DNA of 58,225 bases, the filler included, from Catajapyx aquilonaris (lineage: Eukaryota): NCBI GenBank assembly GCA_000934665.2. It is 3 parts of 3 records of this genome, joined end to end, with 100 filler letters (N's around TTAATTAATTAA, not from the genome) between each part and the next. Parts side by side here need not be neighbours in the genome. Positions count along the whole stretch, not along the records: positions 38,715 to 58,225 come from JYFJ02006503.1; 2 more parts are not named here. One strand, written 5' to 3'. Under the pieces are notes generated by a model. That model saw only the letters and a list, made by a program, of their open reading frames with translations. It searched no databases and was not told where the DNA came from. The position numbers and the translations under genes were made by a program. The stretch's first letter is position 1, and each line of letters starts with the position of its first letter. Positions 48,601-58,225 of the stretch are shown here, piece by piece.

Positions 48601-51600
48601 ACATCCCCAACGACTTTCTGATGGCATCCATGTTTGTGCAGATATCATGCCCATACACAGTTGCTGACCCTGATGTGGGTGGGAACAAGCCAGTGAGAAT
48701 GGACATGGTGGTTGTCTTCCCAGCTCCATTGTGTCCCAGCAGAGCAGTGATTTGCCCTTCATATAGGTTGATGCTCAACTTGTTCACAGCCATTTTGGCA
48801 TTACTGCTGTAGCGCTTGCTCAAGCCTTCAATACAAATGCCTGCTCTCAAGTTGATTGGCTCAGGCTCAAACAGGAACTGGTTGTCTAAAACATTAAATA
48901 GTTCCAGATAATAGAAAAGCTGCTTGATAAATCTTACACTTACATGTAGATGCATAGCATAATATTTCCAGGAGTGATAAGTTAACTAACTTACCTTGTT
49001 CACTATCAATGACCTGATCCTCTTCCAAAGGCGAGCTCTTTCGCCACCAGTTCAGGCATGATTCACACTCAAGGCCAGTGTCACCTGTCCAGTATGACTT
49101 CAAAAATGGAAAGTACCAAGGTTTTGGCAGACCATAAGCACCTACAATTACAAACATTACTACATGGCAATTGAATGAAAATTAACTGACTTGACAAACC
49201 TGGATGCACATTCTCTATGTACCACATGAGCAGCCCATACACAAATGCATCTGTGATGATCATGCATGCCACGTTATACAGTGTGTACTTGTCATCCTCC
49301 ACTGGAGATACATCAATATTGCTCCATTGCACTCCTACACCAATTTCTTCATAAAAAGCAAAATATTTGGCACCTAATCCAAAAGCAGTTGGTGCCAACA
49401 AGCTCTGCAACAACAAATAAATTATTTACAAAGGTATGGTGATATCCATAACATGCATGCATACCGTTAATGACTTCACCCACACTGGTATTACATCATG
49501 GGCAGACTCTTCCCTGACGGATATGTACATATACGGTACGTAACTCAAAAAATACACGATGCCAGCACATGCAGCAGCCATCTTTGCCTTTGAATAGCAC
49601 ACGCTCACCAGGAATCTGCAGAATAAATGCGGAGGTGTCAAGCAGAACCTTTAACCTGACATGCTAGTAACACACTTACGAGAACATTATTACTGCAACG
49701 GCAAATATCTCTAGGATGAAAAATATTAGCCAGACATTGCTGTAGGTGAGCACCTTTCCACATTTCAGTATCACAGTCAAAAGAAGTACGGATATTGACA
49801 TCTGAATAAAGCTGGTGATGAACCAGGCCAGCCAATGAACACCATTTGTCAGACCCATCATTTTCATCACCTGAAAAACAATGCAATTAAAATTAAGCCA
49901 TTCCAAATTTCTTGTGAAAGATTTGAAGATGCATTTGCAAGTTGTAATACCAATGCTTTGGTCTCTGGAAAATGCATTCCTTGTATATTTACAACAAAAT
50001 TTAAGTCACAGTAACATAAAAGCTAATATACCCACAGCCATTTTAAATAAGGGACTTCTCCATACCAAAATGAACCTACTTTTCATTCTTTGGACTTTAG
50101 TGGGGGCTTAACATAGGCCTATTTCTGCCACTAGGCTCAACACCGACGCCAGGGGGTGGTCCTCCTCCTGGAAATTTGGCCACTCTGGGGATTTTTAACG
50201 TGCACTCGCGCAATGTCACAAGCTCACGGGACCGACAGCTTTACTTCCCCTCTGAAGGAAGGCGCACTCTCACTTTTCTACCACCCAGAGAAAAGTCACC
50301 GACCTCGGCCAGGTTGGATCCCACAACTTTGGGACCAGAGGCGAGAGCACTAACCACTAGTCCACCAGCGCCGGTTTCATTCTTTGGACTATAATTATTT
50401 TTAAAACACAATTTAAATCCTAACTTCATTACAAGGGTGAGGAGCCTGGGCTTCCCTTTAAAAAAACTTGCTGCTGGCAAGACAAACATACCACTGTCCA
50501 GTATGGGCAAATGAACATATTACACTTTTTTTCCCCTATCCATACACCATGAGGTTGACACTCATGATATGTCATGAGATGAGCTTCTTTTGTTCTGCAC
50601 ATTTCAATACCGGTATTCATTTCTGTGTAAACCGTTCATTAAAAAGTGAACTGCATACTGTGTGTAAATAAATTGTATGACAGTTAAATAATGTGTATTT
50701 CGTACAATAAAACTGATTACACACTTCAATGTCATTAATTGTGGTTGCTAAAGTAATCCCATTATGAATGGAAATGGGCCATTTTGGTCACTTTAACACT
50801 GCATAACTTTGCAAATATGGGCTTCAGCACGGAATGACTTCATTTTTGGTTATCATATATTGTCCTTTCTTAGCATATTCAGTTTCATCCAGATCTGTTA
50901 TTATCACCCGTGATATGCTCCTTGTCAGAATTGCATTAAGTTCATTTTCAGGCCAAGTCAACTTTTACAGTCCGCAAAGTCATGCAATAAAAGCAATGTA
51001 ATCACCTCTTTTAGCCTTTGTTCTTTCTCATATACTATGTTCTGCACCAAAATTGATACTGAATAAACCCATGATATTGCAAGACAGAGTGGCATAACAT
51101 GGCGTATCATGAATAGAAACTGATCTTCCAAGTAGCATGGGTATGGGAACTGCTGCACATATGAGCCAGGTTCAGCCACATCTGATCCTGCATAAAGGCT
51201 GATAAGTGCCCGCTCCATGACATCCTGCCAACAAAAGCATATATTAAAGTAATAAGATATAAGTATCAATGTAGCCACTAAAAAATAAGAAACAAAATGC
51301 TTACCTGAATCCAAACAAAGCCAAACTGATAGTAATTGTAGCCCCAGTTCCTTGGACCTGGCAACCAAATGCGATTTCTGACTAAGTTCGTGTCGAAAGT
51401 GAAGGTTGCGTTTTGCCTTATCTTGTAAATCATGTGATTTGGCATTGAACCATTTTCATTCATTTGAAAGATGACACCTGAAACAAAAATTTATAGAATT
51501 CTGTGCTCCACTGCGAACAAGGGCTTACTTCCTGACAACTACTGTCAAGTACAAAGAAGGAATACATGTGATTTATCATGTAGCACAATCACTAGAGGTT

Positions 51601-54600
51601 CTCTGTCCAAACTGAAGGAAGGAAGGGCAAATGGCCTAGGGAGCTTGGTAGTTGCCACAGCTACACAGGAAGTGGGGAAATCAGGTGCCTGGATCAAAGC
51701 ATGGAGAACTACCTACAGGAAATTACCCATTACTGCTTTGACATTCTCCAAACTGAATCTCATGATAATCATGTTACAAATGCTTGTCTATCAAGCAAAA
51801 AAAAATCCCACCAATAATACATCAAGTGCAATAATGATTGGTTCTGACAAATATTGGTTCCAGAACTTACATAAGGTACAGTCTGGATATTTTTTTGATT
51901 TGCAGGCAAACTGCAACTGAGAAAATCTATGAGTCAAAAGCCTAAACAATTGCTACGCATTCACTGTTTTGGGAAATCCATATTGATATTGGCTTTTGTG
52001 AACATTTTGAATTGTAAGCCTCAAATGAAACAAATATGGTGCGTAAGGTGCATATAACATGTGGTTATACAATACCAGCCAGAACTGTAACATTGTCATG
52101 GTAAGCCTTCTTCTTGAAATACTGCAGGACACTCTTCTCATCTTGGAATCCCTTAAAAACATTGAGACTCAGTCCTGACATAAGTGATATCCAACTGCAG
52201 GCAGCATTGGATATGCTGGACAGTTGCTCTAGAAACACATCCTATTAAGGAGACATGTTATTAGTTCAACATAAGACATCCTAATATCTTCAGTATCGCA
52301 ATAAATATCATATCACCACGTTTTCTTTCACAATGTAGTGATTTACAAGGTACTTTATAGTGGAATCAAAAAGTTGATTAGCACACCTTGCTGGGTACAT
52401 CCAAATCTTGTATCACTTCATTCAGCTCTTTATTCTTGGTCAAATTTAATAAGGAGGGCAAGTTCGCTATCTCATGCCGCATGTTTTGAAGTGTAGCCAA
52501 ATCTTCATCTGTTGAGTTCTGAGCCAGAAATGACTCAATTTCAGTTGACACATTTAATATTTTCCTTGCATACTGGGTCACCCGATCAAGGAGTGCAAAA
52601 GTTTCATTTGCCTGGAAAATCCAAGGTTAAAGAAACAGGAAATCATATTCAAATCTTGCTGCTAATAATACCTTCGCAATAATACGCATAGCATCAGTCG
52701 TGTTTGGTGCATAAAGAACTCTTGGGTTACTGTAAAGAACATGAAGAAGAATTCCAATCTGTTCCTTCTGATAAGTTGATATTCCCAAGTTATCCAAAGA
52801 CAAGTCATCAGTGTCTGTCAATTTGTCTGAAATACAAATAAATCATTTTGTCTAATATTATAGAGTGACAACTGGCCAGAGTGTACCCTGAACACAGCAG
52901 AACTTTGTCTCCCTACAACAAAAATTATGGCCCCACCTGCAAGACAGGGCTTTCCTAGTACATTTCCCAGTTATAGTACAACTTGCCTAACACAGGTACA
53001 AAACTTTTAGATCCCTCAGTAAGGAAAACCCTATCTATCGCAAAATTAATTCTGTATTAATGGATGTTTCACAAATTCATTGTACCAAGATCAGGAGTGA
53101 AAAGAGCAGGAGCAGCACATGGTCATTTAAAAAGTGAATGGGACAGCCATGTGAAACTGATGGGCAAAAAGGTGATCTCAAGTGTTCCAAACTCAATGTT
53201 TGAAAAGCATGCTGCTTACAGGTTTTCTACCAAGGAGGGCCTAGTCAGAATGAAGTTGCTATAACTGCAGAATACACTGTTTGCTCTATCAGAAACTTCT
53301 CTATAATGAAAATTTTCATGGCATGAATAGATTCCATTATAGACAGGTTACAGCGCAGTAGTGAATAAAAAGGTTACACAATAACACACCCAATTCTTGA
53401 ATTTCCTTTCCACACACAGTTTTCTGCATTGACTTCCAGATGCGAAGCAATCCATACTGCAGGTGCAAGTTCTGTAGGAGACAGTAAACAATAATCAAAT
53501 AATCTCTCTTTGCTTCCTCCCTCTCTCCTCATGTCCCACATTCTCTCTACATTTTGCCACATAAATAGCCTACACAATGTCATTCTATGCCCAACTCAAG
53601 ATTACTTTCAGTGAGAAATCTTAGTTCCTCACCTCCCCCACCTGGTTTTCAAATCATTAGCACATACCTCCAACTTAGTCACATAGTCTTGACTTACATA
53701 AAACCAGATTCACATTTAAAAATTCCAGCAGGCACAAAAAAACTACAGAACTGACATAACTGGTAATGTACAAAAATAATGCCACCAATTACTAGAAAAA
53801 GCATGAAAAGGCAGCAAGTGGCAACTTGTACCTACCAACCAACCATCATTCTCACAGTCACGGTCAGTTTATACAGGGTGGTCGGTAAATGGCGGACAAG
53901 CTTCAGGTAGCGAGATTCCTTGTGAAAACCAGTATTAGTGAAGGTCATATTGCTCTACGAGGCCTGGTTAGGGCTCACGAGCTCTCCAAAGTTTGGGCCC
54001 AATCATGACGTCACATCCGCCCGCGAAATTCAAATACGGCCGTATCGCTACCATCCATGGTGCGTTGCCAGGGGTTGCCAAGTTGACATCCCCCACATTT
54101 CCACACAACAATGGAACTGTATAAACTGGCTGGGACGTTGCCAGGCATTGCCATGCAGTCGTCGCCGCGTGCCTGGCAACGCCGAGGGAGTTTATACGGT
54201 TCCATTGTTTGGTGAAAATGTGGGGGATGTCAACATGGCAACAAACCGTGTACTGTAGCGATACGGTATTGTTTGAATTTCGCGGGCGGATATGATGTCA
54301 TGATTTGGTCCAAACTTTGGAGACCTCGTGAGCCCTAACCAGGCCTCGTAGAGCAATATGACCTTCACTTCCATATACTGGTTTTTCACAAGGAATCTCA
54401 CTACCTGAGGCTTGTCCGCCATTTACCGACCACCCGGTATACAGTACATGTGACAGAAATTTGTGTGTAATATTTTTAATCCCATAAGCCTATCACCTTC
54501 AAAAATATAATACTAAGCACTTATTTTCAGACTTCCAATCATGTGTGACCTCTGAGAGACCAATACTTTTACTTAAAACATACAGGTATCTTCAGGTAAA

Positions 54601-57022
54601 GAGATAATCATCATCATCATCATCATCATCACGACATTTCCCTATAAGGGGAAGTCAGCGATGAAGGGAGACGCAAGCTAACCCAACATATGAACTAAAT
54701 TAAAACTTATAAAAGTAAACCTATAAACAACCCGTCCCACCGCCCGCCCCTGCCCATCTCAGATGACAGACACAGAAATATTATATTTAAATATTACACT
54801 ATGCAACACGGTACTTCGCCAAATCAGCAATTTTACTGTCCTTTGTTGTGGCCCTGCCAGGCATGGTACATTGCCCATACGTGATGTTTTAGTTTAATTG
54901 CGGAGCTAGGCGCTTATTGTGGGTTTTGTATCCGCAACATTTACTGTCAGGCTTGTGGCGCCGCAGGCCAACAAACATTATTGTGGCTTTACCCCAATGC
55001 AAAACCTGAGGGGAGGAGTCGATCTTTGCCTTGGTGACGCCTTAGCAAAGTATTGGCCTCCTCTTGTTAATAAATTGTGGAGTCGCCGGTCAGAACGTCA
55101 CATATCCACGGAGACAAATTTTCCGCCAGGGCGTGATTTCTGCAATAGCTACCAGGAGCCTCACATATGCTTGGACATGGTTACACAGTTGCAGTGCCAA
55201 TAGAGAATGACAAGAATCAAGCCATGGGCGCTGCCATGTTGACACGCTCACTCTCCATGATTGGCCATTTGGGATATGTGTCACTATGTCCCACAGCAGT
55301 AAGAGAAAGTGACATTTTGCTGCACCACTCATTTTTCATGCTGAAAACAAAATGGTTTCTGTGTCGCTTTGAAACACGGGAGTTTCTGTAACTATGCATT
55401 GGAAGGTGAACAATATTTTAGTACCAAAATCTCATTTTCGCCCGCGGATGGATATGTGACGTTTTGTCCGGCGACTCTACATAATAAGCTGTGTGAATTG
55501 TTATTTTTACTAACCATCGAACTTTTAGCTATAAGATGGTAATGTGGGAGTTGGGGTAGTTTGGGAAGCGGCAGCACTTTGCCAATTAATAATTATCAGC
55601 AGTATTTGGTGATTGGCAAAGCCACAATAACGTTCGTTGGCCTGCGGAGCACAATAAGAACCACATTGTTGGCGGATTCAAAACCCACAATAAGCGCCTA
55701 GCTCCGCTTACACTTCGCATTAACTAAAAACATCACGCACAGGCGACGAACAGTGCCTGGCAGGGCCACAACAAAGGACAGTTCTGTTGCAGTAACATAA
55801 AGCCATACAGCATCACCAACGCAAATGGCAACTAAATTCATAGCACAGAAAATATGGCTGACTGGCAACAGCTCCCTACAGTCGCCTGGAACATGGAACC
55901 ATACTTGGCTACAGCCTACAGACTAGTTCACTAGTATAAATCTGGCATGATAGTCGATACTGTGAGACCATAATCACCACCTTCCCCCACATTGATGCGG
56001 GGGGGGGNNNNNNNGGGGGGGGGGGGGGGGGGGGGGGGGGGGGCTTCACTAACAGAAGGGAGTACCCTGCTATTGCTGACACTGATTACTGCATCTCCAT
56101 GGAGTAACCCTGAAGTAACAAAGGGTACCAGTAGGCCTGTTCCAGAAAATGCACATAGTGGGTATCAGCAAACGGAAAAGTACCCTACTTTCAAATCCCG
56201 CAATGACCATACGATACAAACTCACGTGAGGTGTCCAATTCGCGTAATATTGACGAATGAGTTGCATTTACAGCAATGGGACGCATAAAAAAGGGAGGCA
56301 CAAGATATAGATGCAATGCTGGGTGGTAGGAAATTTAATGCAAAACCCCTTATTTAATTTCCTAGGTATCGTTGCGCAAGGGCATCTCCTTAGGATTGGA
56401 AAAATGAAAAAAGTGTCATTGTTATTGTTATTGATGTTGATATATGTTAATATTGTTAAGTTGGTTATTGTTGAAGGTTCCAGTGAGAGGAATCGGGAAC
56501 ATGTGGAGTTTGGCTCATTTTCTGAAGCTAAAACATGCACCATTAAATTCCTCAAAAAAAGTAATCCCCAAAATGCTAGTTTAAGGCGGTGTAGGGGCAT
56601 TCCTCTCGATTTTTATAGCGAATCCACAAACAAACTTACTCATTTATGCATAGAGAAGAAGAAGATGTAGAAGATACCTTTTTCCTGTCATACATTTAAA
56701 TCATCCAATTTGCTTCTGCTATTAACACATTGCTTTTTTCCCCCCAAGGTCAACACTTCCATCCACAACATCATGACAACGGTTCAGTTAATAAACATAC
56801 ATCTTTGCGATGAACACCCTGTGATCCTCCATCCATTGTAGAATTTGTTGAATTCCGATCTTCAGATTCATAAGAGTCATCACAAGCATCTTGTGGAAGG
56901 GAAGCAGACAACGCACTCAGAGCATTTAAAGTCTGCTTGAATGTTTTGAAGTTGTGCAAGTCTCTGATCAGCCTCTGAACTTTTGCTCTTGTCTCAGTTG
57001 TATTCCAGTTTTCAAGATGAAG
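39667..57022 (-). CDS. ABCA2: ABC transporter subfamily A member 2-like; 15 internal exons (ECD1, TMD1, NBD1, regulatory region), about 998 codons, partial at both ends
   Basis: Phase-compatible GT-AG exons: 57022-56801, 53471-53390, 52826-52672, 52611-52387, 52241-52076, 51477-51305, 51224-51006, 49870-49680, 49615-49465, 49404-49200, 49141-48995, 48885-48492, 46281-46085 (donor less certain), 44121-43923, 39935-39667. Walker A GHNGAGKT, signature [20 protein letters not shown] and STHHMDEAD are present. ABCA2-type segments include [37 protein letters not shown] and [10 protein letters not shown]. Confidence 0.93.
40575..43764. mobile_element. Tigger/pogo-like non-autonomous element (outer element of a nest)
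   Basis: TIRs CAGTCGAATCCCTCTATAATGAA / TTCGTTATAGAGGGATTCAACTG with TA on both sides. Confidence 0.88.
40694..42910. mobile_element. 2.2-kb fold-back Tc1/mariner-like non-autonomous element
   Basis: TA-CAGGGTGATC...GATCACCCTG-TA. Arm 40694-41360 is inverted at about 42248-42910 and arm 41485-41790 at about 41850-42137. Confidence 0.92.
44620..44962. mobile_element. Diverged inverted-repeat element with internal (TAACC)n
   Basis: GGCTGGGGGCAATGGCTGT / ACAGCCATTGCCCCCAGCC arms and AACCTAACCTAACC at about 44800. Confidence 0.6.
45110..45544. mobile_element. PIF/Harbinger-like MITE
   Basis: Imperfect TIRs AGTGGGCTCTACAC / GCGTAAAGTCCACT with TTA on both sides. Confidence 0.7.
46353..46474 (-). 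mobile_element. 3'-truncated copy of SINE family 3
   Basis: Its reverse complement aligns with 36478-36598. Confidence 0.85.
50101..50374 (-). mobile_element. tRNA-derived SINE (family 4, Deu/Nin-domain, Ruka-like)
   Basis: A box TGGACTAGTGG and core CCTTCAGAGGGGAAGTAAAGCTGTCGGTCCCGTG..GTGCACGTTAAAAATCCCCAGAGTGGCCAAATTTCC. Confidence 0.75.
53874..54437. mobile_element. 564-bp almost fully palindromic Tc1/mariner-like MITE
   Basis: TA-CAGGGTGGTCGGTAAATGG...CCATTTACCGACCACCCGG-TA, with arms of about 250 bp. Confidence 0.92.
54835..55782. mobile_element. About 950-bp TIR element, family unassigned
   Basis: ACTGTCCTTTGTTGTGGCCCTGCCAGGCA / TGCCTGGCAGGGCCACAACAAAGGACAGT, with imperfect arms of about 150 bp. 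Confidence 0.75.
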
Positions 57023-57545
57023 CTATAATATGAAGTACTGCTTATTAGGGAAACTGCATTAATAAATGGGCAAAAAAGCCCTTTATATATGTTTCAGAAT
57101 TAATTCACATCCATGTCAAATAAAATATTGCAGCCTCTCCTACGTCATGTTGGCACTCCCATTACTTTAGAAAATCTGAAGACTCCCCATGTGCAACTCC
57201 AGTCTTTACCACTTTCTTTCTCCAGCCCACCCCCTCTCAGGTGCCAACAAGACTTGTGTGAACTTCCATATTTCTACTAATATACCAAGAAGCAGATGTG
57301 ATCTAAATTCTGAAATGAACAATACCACAGAACCATGTTACTTTGCAATCCAGGCCAGGAATGCTTCAGCTACAGTGCCTTTTCCAAGCTGTGGCATTCC
57401 TGACCACTGCAACCGTCCCCTCCAAGCTCTGCAGCTGAGCGAGAGGGCACTGTCATAAAGCAATTGTGCATAATAGAACTCATTTGTGAATGGGCCTTAA
57501 GGGGTAGAAGGTCAATAATTCTGCAGGAAACTGCAGGCGGCATTA

Positions 57546-57751
57546 CAGCCATGAGCATAAAGATGTTGATGGTAGTACTCCCCTTGCTAGTAGATGAGCA
57601 GCCAATGTCATAATTACACAATCAGCATAAGATGTTCTCGGCATGTCCTAGACTACCCTGGTGATGTTGTTGAGGGGTGGAGGTTGTGCAAGGAGACCAC
57701 GGAGCGAAGAAGAGCTCTGGTCTATCATCCACATCTTTATGCTCGTGACTG
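57546..57751. mobile_element. 206-bp Tc1/mariner-like MITE
   Basis: TA-CAGCCATGAGCATAAAGATGT...ACATCTTTATGCTCGTGACTG-TA. Confidence 0.75.
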
Positions 57752-58225
57752 TACTACATGGGTAGTACAGGTACTCCTCATTTTACGCCTCCTAGTTTGA
57801 ACCCTTTCACATTACCTTTGAAAAAAAATTCATAGGAAAATTTTCAAACATTTGAAAATAACGATCTACACATAAACACATCCCTGCAGCACTTGAGTCC
57901 AAACACACTACAGTATAGGCACTTTTATCATTTTTCATGGTGCATTGTGGCAGGATTTATAGCTATATACGCTACTCTATTGTTTGTCTCTGCATTTTCT
58001 GAAGCACTGTACCAGTTGTTACAATGCACTACATGCAGGGCCCTGCAAAGCTTGTCTGAGGCCCGGGGCAGGAGTCATGTTAGAGGCCCCTTCTTATAAC
58101 GACATAAAAAACACGTAACCAAAACAATAATAATTACTATGGACCTTTGGCATTGAAGTCACTACCGCACATGTTGTTATGATTACATGGTTGGGACTGG
58201 TTGGCAAGTTAGCCGTCTAAGGCAT

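Overview
Animal genomic DNA, most likely from an arthropod. It consists of three contigs (1-19264, 19365-38614, 38715-58225) joined by artificial 100-nt spacers (44 N + TTAATTAATTAA + 44 N), so adjacency across the spacers is not established. Contig 1 has no intact host gene. It is a dense mosaic of about 15 decayed fragments from EnSpm/CMC, Gypsy, LINE, Penelope-like, P-element, Sola and Kolobok-type elements, plus two minimal hammerhead ribozymes and a captured nucleoplasmin-like gene fragment. Every fragment I could orient lies on the minus strand, which is the architecture expected of a flamenco-like uni-strand piRNA cluster. Contig 2 holds the 3' end of a + strand gene with giant acidic exons (probably a giant ankyrin isoform), followed by SINEs, an Academ remnant and a hAT remnant. 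Contig 3 holds 15 internal exons of an ABCA2-like lipid transporter on the minus strand, with introns full of MITEs, including a 2.2-kb fold-back element, and SINEs. All family assignments come from manual translation and recalled motifs, not from database searches.
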